Source: Candidatus Flemingiibacterium sp.
GTDB lineage: Bacteria > Bacillota > Clostridia > Oscillospirales > CAG-272
Direction: 5' to 3'
NCBI GenBank assembly: GCA_045635785.1
Contig: JAZTWJ010000100.1
Span: 1-49,134 of the forward strand
Length of the DNA stretch: 49,134 bases
The position numbers and the translations under genes were made by a program. Shown piece after piece: positions 37,742 through 47,584 of the stretch; position 1 is the stretch's first letter, and each line of letters starts with the position of its first letter. The notes below the pieces were generated by a model. The model was not told where the DNA came from, made no database searches, and worked only from the letters and a program-made list of their open reading frames with translations.

Positions 37742-37914
37742 GAGTTTTTTGAGAAAAATAGGATGTTGCAAAATTAAACTGCAATTTCAAGTTAGAAATT
37801 AGATGGCGGAGGCGCGGCGCGGGCGAAAAAGGGTGATGATCGGGGCGATTTGCTCGCCCATACCGAAGAAAATCACGGGAACTCTGAAAAGAGGAGCCCG
37901 TGACTTTTTTGTCC

Positions 37915-37943
37915 TTGACAGCATTCTTTAACTATGCTATAAT
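37915..37943 (+). promoter_or_regulatory. Consensus sigmaA promoter for the sugar-acid operon
   Basis: TTGACA - 17 nt - TATAAT with an extended TG. Confidence 0.85.
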
Positions 37944-38059
37944 AATGATAAGATATAAAAGAGTGTGCACAAGCGAAACCGATGCAGGTAGTATAACAAA
38001 TTATATGCAACGAATGTTGCGATAGATGGCAGAATACGCCAGAGGGGGAGAGATTAAAG

Positions 38060-38857
38060 ATGAATGATTTAGAACTGTTTTCCATGTACATGAAACTTTG
38101 CGATGTTCCGACCATCGAACCGGAACACGGACCGGATCCTCTGCTTGAGGGTAAGCGCGTCGGATTTGTAAACGGCGGCGCATGGATTCAACTTTGGTCG
38201 TATTATTTCGGAAGACGCTATCTCCCGGGTGTTAAACTTGTCAACGTAAGCAACGAAGCGGTTCAGCTTAATTTCATGACGGCGCATCATAAAGGTGAAC
38301 CGTGTCCGCCTCAAAGCAATATCGATCTTTTTGCGCAATATGCAAAACAACTTGTTGAGCTTGCTCACGTAGATGCGGTTATGGTCACTTGTTCGACGAT
38401 GAACAGAAGCTTTGATGTCGTTAAAAAGGCTCTCGAACCATATGGCGTGCCGGCGGTGCAGATCGATGAGCCGATGATGGAGACGTCTGTGAACAGAGGC
38501 GGAAAAACGCTTGTTATAGCAACGCATGGACCTACGGTTAAGAGTACACAGGCACTCCTTCTTGAAACTGCCGCGAAGCTTGGAAAACCCGAGCCGCAAT
38601 TTGTGGGTGCAACGGTTGAAACCGCGTTTGAAAAACTCGGGCGTGGTGACGTGCTCGGACATAATGACGAGCTGGCGCAGTGCATTGACCGCAGCGTGAA
38701 GGAAGACGGCATCAATCAGGTCGTGTTGGCACAGCTTTCCATGAGCGTGATGGCGGTGCAGTATCCGGATCTGGAGGCGCGGTTTAGCGTGCCGGTTTAT
38801 ACCAGCGGCGTGCAGGGATTTGAACGGCTTCGGGATATTCTCAGAAGCAAAAAGTAA
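38060..38857 (+). CDS. Asp/Glu/hydantoin racemase-superfamily protein
   Basis: DAVMVTCSTM, VQIDEPMME, LVIATHGPT, VVLAQLSM. Confidence 0.75.
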   Translation: MNDLELFSMYMKLCDVPTIEPEHGPDPLLEGKRVGFVNGGAWIQLWSYYFGRRYLPGVKLVNVSNEAVQLNFMTAHHKGEPCPPQSNIDLFAQYAKQLVELAHVDAVMVTCSTMNRSFDVVKKALEPYGVPAVQIDEPMMETSVNRGGKTLVIATHGPTVKSTQALLLETAAKLGKPEPQFVGATVETAFEKLGRGDVLGHNDELAQCIDRSVKEDGINQVVLAQLSMSVMAVQYPDLEARFSVPVYTSGVQGFERLRDILRSKK

Positions 38858-38880
38858 TATTGATATTTAAGGTGATTAAT

Positions 38881-39786
38881 ATGAAAGAATATGATTTCGC
38901 CAAAATGGAAGATTTGGCTTATCAAATCCGGCAAAACGCCCTAACGATGATCATTTCAAGTCAGTGGGGGCATCCGGGCGGATCGCTGTCATGTGCAGAC
39001 ATCCTTGCCGCGCTTTATGGCGGCGTCATGAAATATGATCCGAAACAGCCTCTTGCCGAAAACCGTGATCGGCTTGTTATGAGCAAAGCGCACTCGTCCC
39101 CTGCGCTCTATGGCGCATTGGCGGCGGTGGGATATATTAGCGAAAAAGATCTTGAACAATACTGTCTGATCGGCGGTTTAGACGGACATCTTGACTGCCG
39201 TGCGACGCCCGGTGTCGATATGAGCGGCGGCTCCTTGGGCTGCGGCTTGTCGACAGCGGTTGGCATGGCGTGGGCACTCAAGAAAAAGGAGCAGTTCGCG
39301 CGTCGCGTATACTGCATTGTGGGCGACGGAGAACTGAGCGAAGGTCAGAATTGGGAAGCGGGTATGACAGCTGCACAGTATAGGCTGGACAATCTTACGA
39401 TGCTTATTGACTACAATAAAGTCATGGCAAAAGGTGCTGTATACACGGAGGTCACCTTGGAACCGCTGAAGGATAAGCTTACCGCATTTGGTTACAGCGT
39501 GTACGAATGTGACGGACACGATGTGAGGGATATCGTAAAAACATTGGATACAGCCAAGAAACGGCAGTTTATCGGCAAACCAACGGCTATCATCTGCCAT
39601 ACTGTCAAAGGATGGGGCGTGGATGACTTTGAGTATGACTACAATTGGCATACGCATGCACCGCACGGACCGGAGGCGGAGGAATACAGAAAAGAATTGG
39701 CGCAGCGGTTTGGTAAACCGTTCCCGAAGCCGGTTGAGCAGCGAAAGGACGTGAATCATATCAGAAGCTTTCTTGGGGAGGTGTAG
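38881..39786 (+). CDS. Split transketolase, N-terminal (TPP-binding) subunit
   Basis: GHPGGSLS, RDRLVMSKAH, GSLGCGLS, GDGELSEGQNWEA...DYN, HTVKG.G. Confidence 0.92.
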   Translation: MKEYDFAKMEDLAYQIRQNALTMIISSQWGHPGGSLSCADILAALYGGVMKYDPKQPLAENRDRLVMSKAHSSPALYGALAAVGYISEKDLEQYCLIGGLDGHLDCRATPGVDMSGGSLGCGLSTAVGMAWALKKKEQFARRVYCIVGDGELSEGQNWEAGMTAAQYRLDNLTMLIDYNKVMAKGAVYTEVTLEPLKDKLTAFGYSVYECDGHDVRDIVKTLDTAKKRQFIGKPTAIICHTVKGWGVDDFEYDYNWHTHAPHGPEAEEYRKELAQRFGKPFPKPVEQRKDVNHIRSFLGEV

Positions 39787-39791
39787 TTGTT

Positions 39792-40730
39792 TTGAGGATA
39801 GATGCGTTGAATCAGAGAGAGGTCTTCGGCTTAACTCTCGTAGAGCTTGGTCAGAAATATAAAAATCTTGTTGTGCTGGATGCGGATTTGAATACGTCGA
39901 CCAGAACCGTGCTTTTTAAGGAAGCCTTCCCGGATCGCTTTATTCAGTGCGGAATTGCAGAAAGCAATATGATGGGGATGGCGGCAGGTCTGGCAAAAGA
40001 AGGATTTATTCCCATGCCCAGTACGTTTGCCTCTTTTGCGGCACACAAAGCGCTTGATCAGGTATATATGAATGTTTGCCTGCCCAAACTGAATGTGAAA
40101 ATCCCCGGAAGCTATGTGGGAGTGACAGCCGGCGAGTGCGGCGCTTCCCATAACTGCGCAGACGATTTGGCAATTATGCGCTCCATGCCGTTTACAAAAG
40201 TTGCAGCGCCCGGCGACAACGCTGAGCTTGCCGCTTGTATGCGCGCGATGATGGAAACAGACGGACCTGTGTATTTCCGTGTCCCGAGAATCGAGGGCGC
40301 GACTTTGTTCTCGGATGGTCATGAGTTTGTGTGGGGTAAGGGTCATGTGCTGGAGGAAGGATCGGATGCGGCACTTCTCGGCACCGGTTTTATGACGGGA
40401 ATTCTGCTCCGGGCGGCAGAGTTGCTGAAAAAAGACGGGATCCACTGCACGGTGGCTCATTTTGGAAGCATCAAGCCGCTTGACGAAGAACTTGTGAAAA
40501 TCATCGCCAAGAGCGTTCCGCTGATGGTTACGTTGGAAAATGGCAGGATCTTCGGTGGATTCGGCGGTGCCGTGGCAGAAACCGTGGCGGAATGCGGCGG
40601 AGCCAAGGTTCTGCGAATGGGACTTGGCGATGATGTCTTCCACAGCGATATGATCGAACGGATCCTGCGCCATTGCAAACTTACTCCTGAAGATGTTGCC
40701 CAAAAGGTAAAGGAGAATTTACAGCGATGA
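39792..40730 (+). CDS. Split transketolase, C-terminal subunit
   Basis: LDADL, GIAESNMMGMAAGLA, GASH...DDLAIMR, GPVYFR, SIKPLD; TTG start after GGAGGTG. Confidence 0.92.
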   Translation: MRIDALNQREVFGLTLVELGQKYKNLVVLDADLNTSTRTVLFKEAFPDRFIQCGIAESNMMGMAAGLAKEGFIPMPSTFASFAAHKALDQVYMNVCLPKLNVKIPGSYVGVTAGECGASHNCADDLAIMRSMPFTKVAAPGDNAELAACMRAMMETDGPVYFRVPRIEGATLFSDGHEFVWGKGHVLEEGSDAALLGTGFMTGILLRAAELLKKDGIHCTVAHFGSIKPLDEELVKIIAKSVPLMVTLENGRIFGGFGGAVAETVAECGGAKVLRMGLGDDVFHSDMIERILRHCKLTPEDVAQKVKENLQR

Positions 40731-42022
40731 ATGAGCTGCGGCCGGTGACGGTTGTGATCGACGATGATCCAACCGGTATACAGACAGTAAAAGATGTGCT
40801 TGTGTTTATGGATTGGAGCGAAGAAACGATCGCCGATGCATATAAAAGCGAATGCGGTTTCTTCATCCAGACCAACGCCAGAGCGATGAGTCAGGACGAG
40901 GCATATAGGATCAATTATGAAATTGCTGTAACGCTCTGCCGTCTGCGCGCTGTTACGGGAAGAGATTTTTTGATCTGTTCACGTTCGGACTCAACCCTTC
41001 GTGGGCATTATCCGACTGAGACCGATGCATTGGCAGACGCGCTGAAAGCAAATGATCTGCCGACACAAGGCGTTTTGCTCTGCTTTTTCTTCGATGAAGG
41101 AGGACGGCTTACCGTCGATGGCGTGCATTATGTGAAGGATGGCGAAAAACGTGTCCCTGCGGCACAAACCGAATCGGCGCGAGATCGGACCTTTGGATAC
41201 CGTTCCTCGCGGTTGGATGAATATGTGCAGGAGAAAACAGCGGGCGCAATCTCGGCAAGTGAGGTTCGATTGCTGACGTTGGACACGATCCGAAACGGTG
41301 ACATCCGTAGTGCGCTTGACTGTGACGTGCCTGTTGTTGCGTGTGACGGCGAGAGCATGAGTGATATGGAACTGTTGGCAGAGGCGGTTTTGGCATCGGC
41401 AAAGGATGGAAATCGCCGCATGATACGGTGCGCAGCTTCGATCGTGCGCGCCTTGCTTGGGCAAAAAGCAAGTGCACCGCTGGCTCCGGAATCGCTCAAA
41501 AGCGATTCGCCTTACGGTGGGCTCATCGTGGTGGGATCACATACGGCGAGAACGACGGCACAGCTGGATATGCTACGGGATTTCAAGGTGAAATGGTACG
41601 AGCTGGATGTGTCGACAGATCTTTCGTCACAGATCCCCTCGCTTGCTCAAAATTGTGAGAACGCGCTTCGAAACGGTGAAACGGTGGTTCTTTACACCTC
41701 CAGAAAGCTTCTTTCTTTTGATGATCCTGCAAAGAGTCTTGCGTTTTCGGTGTCGGTTTCTGCGGCACTGACGGAAGTTGTGCGCCAAATTACGTTGATG
41801 CCGAAGTTTGTGATCGCCAAGGGTGGAATTACATCGTATGATATCGGCGTGAAAGGGCTTGCTGTGCGAAAAGCACGCGCTATCGGGCAGGCGCTTCCCG
41901 GAGTGCCGGTTTGGCGTCCGTTGGACGGTCGTTTCCCAGGCATGCCGTATATTATATTCCCCGGTAATGTGGGCGAAAAAAACGCTCTGGCTGATCTGGT
42001 AAAATCTTTAAGTAAAGGATAA
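40727..42022 (+). CDS. Four-carbon acid sugar kinase (DUF1537 family)
   Basis: DDDPTGIQTV, RSDSTLRGHYP.E, VVGSH...T..QL, IAKGGITS.D, IFPGNVG. Confidence 0.92.
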   Translation: MNELRPVTVVIDDDPTGIQTVKDVLVFMDWSEETIADAYKSECGFFIQTNARAMSQDEAYRINYEIAVTLCRLRAVTGRDFLICSRSDSTLRGHYPTETDALADALKANDLPTQGVLLCFFFDEGGRLTVDGVHYVKDGEKRVPAAQTESARDRTFGYRSSRLDEYVQEKTAGAISASEVRLLTLDTIRNGDIRSALDCDVPVVACDGESMSDMELLAEAVLASAKDGNRRMIRCAASIVRALLGQKASAPLAPESLKSDSPYGGLIVVGSHTARTTAQLDMLRDFKVKWYELDVSTDLSSQIPSLAQNCENALRNGETVVLYTSRKLLSFDDPAKSLAFSVSVSAALTEVVRQITLMPKFVIAKGGITSYDIGVKGLAVRKARAIGQALPGVPVWRPLDGRFPGMPYIIFPGNVGEKNALADLVKSLSKG

Positions 42023-42330
42023 TCGTTGTGCATTCACTGACAAAAAATTGACGGTTCCCGATACAAAACTGCTTTTAGACGGGAAAGATTTTCAGCATCA
42101 GAGTTTGAGTTTTTTAACGCGCCGCTTCATCAAGCGTTCAACGCCAGCGATGATTCAGTAAAAGAATATGCATTCAAGGATGGATTGAAATTATTAGGAC
42201 AACAAATCAGAATTTGTTGGTGAAAGTTTGCGGAAATATATTTCAAATATTTATGCATGCGATAATTTTATCCCGCCACCTTCGAAGGGGGCAGGATCGC
42301 TTGTGAACGATGCGTAAAAAGGAAAACATC

Positions 42331-43266
42331 ATGAACAATAACATAAAACTGAATTGGAAAAAGATTCTGACCGCCGTCCTTGCGGCACTGCTGATTCTTG
42401 CGCTGTTCCGTATCGCATCCCTTTCAAGCGAGATGGATACGCTGAAAAACAGCCTCAACAACCTGCATTCCGAGATCAATATTATCCGAAACAACGTCAG
42501 CAGCATCTATAACACCGTGGATGAACGGCTGAAAAAGGAAGCAAGCCTCCTCGCCTCGGTGGAGACCGGCTATGGCGTATTGAATCACGATACCCATGAA
42601 GTAAGCGTTGAGCTATCAATCGTCCCAAAGACGGTCACGGACGATATGGAGCTGTACGTCACGATCGGAGATACCGAGCATAAATGCGAACGGTCAAATA
42701 CAACCTTTACCGCATCCGTTCCGGTGTATCTTTTCCTTGATTATGACGAGCATCTGACGCTGACCATCAAATCTCAAGCAGGCACGCAGACGGAGATCTT
42801 GGAGGATGTCCGCATCGGCAGCCTGTATTCCTCCTATCTGCCGCAGATCTATGCAAGTCTTGAAAACAACACCAATCTGAAGTACGGCAAGCTGAAAATC
42901 TACGGCAGTCTCCATGTGGACTATAAACCCACACCGTCGGGCGTGGATGTTGTAAGATCCGAGCTTATCACCGAGGTGAACGGCGTGGAAACCGATCGCC
43001 GTGTGCTGACGGGAGATTTGACGAAAAATCATTTCACCGAGCAGGTTGAAATGACCGTGGATGCCACGTTCGATGATCACGTGGTGATCTATCTGCTCTC
43101 CAAGGATTCGCTTGGTTATATCCACAAAAATATTGTGGAAGAATGGTATGAAACAAATGGGTCTGTATCCAAGTGGGATGAAACAGCCGCAGTTGCCCCC
43201 GAACCTCATGCACCCATGGTTGATGCGATTTACGATAAGAATGGAAATCTGCTGAACGAGGAATGA
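42331..43266 (+). CDS. Membrane-anchored hypothetical protein with an N-terminal coiled coil
   Basis: One hydrophobic N-terminal segment, a heptad-like stretch (MDTLKNSLNNLHSEINIIRNNV), then beta-rich sequence. Confidence 0.75.
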   Translation: MNNNIKLNWKKILTAVLAALLILALFRIASLSSEMDTLKNSLNNLHSEINIIRNNVSSIYNTVDERLKKEASLLASVETGYGVLNHDTHEVSVELSIVPKTVTDDMELYVTIGDTEHKCERSNTTFTASVPVYLFLDYDEHLTLTIKSQAGTQTEILEDVRIGSLYSSYLPQIYASLENNTNLKYGKLKIYGSLHVDYKPTPSGVDVVRSELITEVNGVETDRRVLTGDLTKNHFTEQVEMTVDATFDDHVVIYLLSKDSLGYIHKNIVEEWYETNGSVSKWDETAAVAPEPHAPMVDAIYDKNGNLLNEE

Positions 43267-43546
43267 GAGAAATACACAAAAAATTACAGTGATATGATTT
43301 TGGGGGAATATAAACATGAAACGGCTATGACCGTTTCTGCAGAGCTTGATCGGATGGTCATGGAGAAGATCGATCAAGTGAAAAAATAAGCGAAGTTCAG
43401 TCCACGAGAAACAAAATCTTGTGGGCTGATTTGCTCTATAATTCGGTCATCTCATATCATATTCGTTCCATTTTTTGCAATGAACGCAGATTTTTTGCGA
43501 GATATATAGGTGAAGAGCTCTACCATCATCCGAGGGAGGTGCAAGC

Positions 43547-44122
43547 ATGGGAAAATCGAATCAAACTCCTGATGACCGCATCGTGGAATTATACTGGGCG
43601 CGGTCGGAGGACGCCATCCGCGAAACTGCCGCCAAATACGGCGAATACTGCCACTATATTGCTTACAATATTCTCTATAACCGCGAGGATGCCGAGGAAA
43701 GCGTGAACGACACCTATCTTGACGCATGGGAAAGTATGCCGCCGCACAAGCCGTCAATTCTCTCCACATTCCTTGGAAAGATCACGCGGCGTATCTCCAT
43801 CGACCGATGGCGCAAAAAGCACGCAGGCAAACGAGGTGGCAGACAGATGGACTTGATTTTGGACGAGCTTGAGGACTGCGTGACAGCTTCATACGATGTG
43901 GAAACAGTGATCGAGCAGAAAGAAACGGCACGGATTATCGAAGAATTTCTTGATAGTCTTCCCGCTACCGAACGCCGTGTGTTCCTCAGACGCTATTGGT
44001 ACATGGATTCCATAGCAAAAATTGCACTGGATTATGACTTCACCGAGAGCAAAACCGCATCCATGCTACACCGCACGAGAAAGAAACTGCGTGACAAATT
44101 AGAAATGGAGGGGTGCCTATGA
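43547..44122 (+). CDS. ECF-type RNA polymerase sigma factor
   Basis: RSEDAI, IAYNIL..REDAEESVNDTYL.AW, FLGKITRR.SIDRWR, FLRRYWYMDSI.KIA...L.RTRKKLR; RBS GGGAGGT. Confidence 0.93.
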   Translation: MGKSNQTPDDRIVELYWARSEDAIRETAAKYGEYCHYIAYNILYNREDAEESVNDTYLDAWESMPPHKPSILSTFLGKITRRISIDRWRKKHAGKRGGRQMDLILDELEDCVTASYDVETVIEQKETARIIEEFLDSLPATERRVFLRRYWYMDSIAKIALDYDFTESKTASMLHRTRKKLRDKLEMEGCL

Positions 44123-45561
44123 AAAAAGAACAGATCGTTGATATGATCGGGGAGGCTCCCGACAAATTCGTAAAGGATGCAAAGGAATACAAAAAACGAC
44201 CCATTCCTCGATGGTCGAAGTGGGTTGGCAGCATTGCTGCGGTGCTTGCGATTATGATTCTTGTAAACAATATGCCTTCAGTCCCGCTCGCCATTTCGGC
44301 AAATGCGGTCAGCGTGGCTTCGGAATCAAGGAAGCTGGAACGCCCAAGAAACGGCAGTGATTCCGATTTGTTCAATGATTGGATAGCACAGCGTGACGCT
44401 CGTGAAGATGTGGTAGAATCCGCACGGAGTCCCATTTCCGATTTTGCCGGATTGGTCTCGGGCGGTGTGCTTTCCGGCGTGGATGACACCAACCGTGTGT
44501 GGTCGCCCATCAATGCCTATATCGCCCTTGCCATGACCGCTGAGCTGACGGGCGGCGAAACACAGGCAGAGCTGCTGGAGCTTCTCGGTGCAGAAGATCT
44601 CTCCGAGCTTCGCAGTCGGATCAGCGCGGTGTGGGAGGAGATCTACGAGGACAACGGCAAGGAGATCAGCGTGCTCGCCAACTCCCTGTGGCTTGACAAA
44701 GATGTGGAATATGTGCAGGAGAAAATGGACTCCATTGCCTACGATTACTACGCATCGGTGTATCAAGGGGATCTCGGCAGCGAGAAAACCAACCGTGCCA
44801 TGACAAACTGGATGCGGAATCAGACCGGCGGACTCCTGAAAGACAGGACGCAGAATTTGCAGCTTGAACCCAAAGATCAGGTGCTTGCCATTGTTTCTAC
44901 GATCTATTTTCAGTCCCAGTGGAAGGATGAGTTTAGTAAAGCAAGCAATAAGCAGGCAATATTCCATGCGGTCAGCGGAGATGTGGAGTGTACCTTCATG
45001 AACAAGAAGGAATATCACATGAACTACTTCTGGGGCGAGGATTACGGTGCCGTGCAGATGGTACTTGAAAACGGTTCGTATATGTGGTTCATTCTCCCCG
45101 ACGAAGATAAGACCGTGGACGATGTGCTGGCGAGCGATGAATACATGAAAATGATCACGCAAGAATATCTTCGCTCCGGTGAGGAAGCCAACCGCAAGTG
45201 GATGAAGGTCAACCTCTCCGTCCCGCAGTTTGACGTTTCGGGCAGTACCGATCTGAAAAACGCACTGCAGAACGCAGGGCTTAATAAGATCTTTGAGCTG
45301 TACGGCAATGATTTCTCGCCCTCCATCATCAAGATAAATGAAAAGAATGATCCCGCCTACCTTGACAGCATCAACCAGGACACCCGCGTGAAGATTGATG
45401 AAAAGGGTGTCGCCGCCGCAAGCTACATTGAACTGAACCTCGGTGCCGGTGCCGCCATGCCGCCCGATGAGATTATTGATTTCGTCCTCGACAGACCGTT
45501 CGTGTTTGCCGTTACAAAAAGTCAGATCCCGTTGTTCGTGGGCACGGTGAATATGCCGTAA
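44119..45561 (+). CDS. Serpin with a cytoplasmic anti-sigma-like N-terminus and a TM helix
   Basis: ATGA overlap with the sigma gene; IVDMIGEAPDKFVKDA, basic patch, hydrophobic helix. Serpin motifs WSPINAYIALAM, ANSLW, NW..NQTGG, TIYF..QW...F, VPQF, DEKG.AAAS, DRPFVF, PLFVG.V. Confidence 0.9.
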   Translation: MKKEQIVDMIGEAPDKFVKDAKEYKKRPIPRWSKWVGSIAAVLAIMILVNNMPSVPLAISANAVSVASESRKLERPRNGSDSDLFNDWIAQRDAREDVVESARSPISDFAGLVSGGVLSGVDDTNRVWSPINAYIALAMTAELTGGETQAELLELLGAEDLSELRSRISAVWEEIYEDNGKEISVLANSLWLDKDVEYVQEKMDSIAYDYYASVYQGDLGSEKTNRAMTNWMRNQTGGLLKDRTQNLQLEPKDQVLAIVSTIYFQSQWKDEFSKASNKQAIFHAVSGDVECTFMNKKEYHMNYFWGEDYGAVQMVLENGSYMWFILPDEDKTVDDVLASDEYMKMITQEYLRSGEEANRKWMKVNLSVPQFDVSGSTDLKNALQNAGLNKIFELYGNDFSPSIIKINEKNDPAYLDSINQDTRVKIDEKGVAAASYIELNLGAGAAMPPDEIIDFVLDRPFVFAVTKSQIPLFVGTVNMP

Positions 45562-45569
45562 CAATACAG

Positions 45570-45610
45570 AATCTCCCCGTGAAGCGATCGAAGCTTACGG
45601 GGAGATTTTT
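45570..45610. terminator. Terminator between the convergent serpin units
   Basis: AATCTCCCCGT...ACGGGGAGATT followed by a T-run. Confidence 0.75.
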
Positions 45611-45650
45611 AATTTAGATTTACGGATATATCTTGTCATTCACCTTCCCG

Positions 45651-46325
45651 TCACCAGTCGCTGTAGCGGAATTCAATTCGGTTTTCATCCTCAAAAATCA
45701 AGACGAAGCTCCATTCGCCGTGGTTGTAACCGCCGTCCCAAAACAGCATATAGCGGACGGCATCCGTTTCGCCGCTTGACCAATTCAATTCATTATGCCA
45801 ATCCGCATCACTACCGATCCATACTGCTTTTTCGGAAAGCACTTCCGACCAAATTTCCAGCTCGTTTTCGCTTGTCTCAAAGGACAGCTTGAATTCTTCA
45901 CCGCCCTGCAAAAACTGCGGAAGGTAGGAAAACTGCACGTTCTCCACGCCATTCGGTATAGCAGACGGAAAGATGTTATCAACTCCGTCTTCGTCCTTGA
46001 TCTTGGAAAATGCTCTGCCGTAATAGCGGATATCGGTTACTTCAAATGTGACGTGCTGAAAAAAGAGAATAAACGCATAGAATGCCGAAGCAAAAAACAA
46101 AACGACAGAAAGAATGACGGTGAGGACTGTTGTGGCTTTTGCGGACATGATTTTCGTATATGCCAAAATTGAAACGGCAAGCAAGATCAGCGTGGGTAAG
46201 AGCAGTAATGCGATTTTCAGATACAACGGCTGAACAAAGCTGCCAAAAAGTAAGGCTGCAAGCAAAAAACACAGAAATGCAATTCCTGCCATGATAAGCG
46301 GGAACTTGATACACGGTCGAGCCAT
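45651..46325 (-). CDS. Hypothetical membrane protein (3 N-terminal TM helices + soluble domain)
   Basis: Hydrophobic segments in residues ~10-90; starts 2 nt after the lipoprotein serpin stop, with GGAGG upstream. Confidence 0.75.
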   Translation of the reverse strand: MARPCIKFPLIMAGIAFLCFLLAALLFGSFVQPLYLKIALLLLPTLILLAVSILAYTKIMSAKATTVLTVILSVVLFFASAFYAFILFFQHVTFEVTDIRYYGRAFSKIKDEDGVDNIFPSAIPNGVENVQFSYLPQFLQGGEEFKLSFETSENELEIWSEVLSEKAVWIGSDADWHNELNWSSGETDAVRYMLFWDGGYNHGEWSFVLIFEDENRIEFRYSDW

Positions 46326-46327
46326 CG

Positions 46328-47584
46328 TTATCCCTCCACATCCATCATCGTGCCGATGAAGAACGGGATGTTATTTTCGCAGTCGATGAGCATATACACA
46401 AACGGGCGATCTAGGATGACTTCCTTTTGATCAATGGGTTCCATTGCCCCTTCGGTCTTCATCTCCACCACAGTCGCCGCACCTGCCTTTGTTCCTTTTT
46501 CGTCTACGGAAATGAAGGTCTTGTGCAGTACACGGCTGATGGAGATATTGCCATCGATAGAGGTGCCGAGCTTTGTGAAATCTGCGGCAGATCCGTCAAA
46601 CGCATCGGTCATGCCCATGGATTTGAGGATATCTCCCATTTCGATGTTATATTCACTCTCAAACTTGGGTATGCCGGTATAGACAGGAGTGCTTTCTGCA
46701 CCTGCAAGCAGTTTCGTCAACTTTTCGCCGTCAAGGGATTCCACATACTCTGTAACCGACACGTTTTTATCAGGCAGAAGTGCCGCGAATGCGTATTTGC
46801 GGTCGGCGTAATATTTGATAAATCCGGTGGCGTTCTTATCCTCCAGATATTTGCTCTCGGTGGAGTACATCATATCGACCGAACGGTTTGTGCCGTCCTC
46901 TGTGATGAAGTTGTTCTTTCTCACTTCATCGGTTTTGTAGATGTTCTGCCACTCTGCATCAAAGGCAAGGGCATTGACGAGATACATGACCGCATCGGCA
47001 GAAATCTCGTCGAGGATGTTTTTGATCATGCCGTCGGTCTCATCCTCTACCCATGCGTTGATGGCATCAAGCGTCGTCTTGTCAAAGGGAACGCCGTACA
47101 GATTTGCATCATAATAATCCTTGTTCTTCTGCAGAAAATCCTTGCTCACAGTAAGGCGTCCGTCGTCGATGAACCATATCGAATTGGCAAGGTGAAGCTT
47201 GTACTTTTCCTCGTCAGGCAGATCGTTCATGTAGCTGAGCGCCCATAGATTCAGCTCATCTACGGGCATACCCAGCACCGCTTCCATCTGCGAAAGCGTG
47301 TTTCCATCAGCGCCGTTTGCTGTCATGGACAGTGCCACAAGGACCGACAGTGGAGAGATCAGTATATTGGCACTTTCCGAGGAAAGTGCGCCTTCCTCAA
47401 CGCTTTCCTTGATCAGCCGCACAGCAAAATCGGTCACTGCGTTATTCCTGTCAAGCTTTGAGTCTACGACGACCTTGTTCCCCTTGATGCCGTCCATCAG
47501 ATCGGTGGCGTTGTTGTTACCGCAGCTGAAAAGTGCGGTTGTAAGGATGATGATCGTTAGTGCGAGTGCGATAAGTCTTTTCAT
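46328..47584 (-). CDS. Lipoprotein serpin
   Basis: Lipobox LFSC; ISPLSV..ALSM..NGA.G.T, ANSIW, INAWV...T.GMI, LVNALAF.A.W, IPKF, hinge DEKGTKAGAAT, DRPFVY, PFFIG. RBS AAGGAGG. Confidence 0.94.
   Translation of the reverse strand: MKRLIALALTIIILTTALFSCGNNNATDLMDGIKGNKVVVDSKLDRNNAVTDFAVRLIKESVEEGALSSESANILISPLSVLVALSMTANGADGNTLSQMEAVLGMPVDELNLWALSYMNDLPDEEKYKLHLANSIWFIDDGRLTVSKDFLQKNKDYYDANLYGVPFDKTTLDAINAWVEDETDGMIKNILDEISADAVMYLVNALAFDAEWQNIYKTDEVRKNNFITEDGTNRSVDMMYSTESKYLEDKNATGFIKYYADRKYAFAALLPDKNVSVTEYVESLDGEKLTKLLAGAESTPVYTGIPKFESEYNIEMGDILKSMGMTDAFDGSAADFTKLGTSIDGNISISRVLHKTFISVDEKGTKAGAATVVEMKTEGAMEPIDQKEVILDRPFVYMLIDCENNIPFFIGTMMDVEG

Noticed and set aside
37461..37802. Plus-strand 113-aa ORF
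   Set aside because: It is antisense to the paaK leader, attenuator and promoter, which explain the sequence better.
42201..42216. Imperfect palindrome ACAAATCAGAATTTGT as a cassette recombination site
   Set aside because: Single short copy; there is no array to support it.
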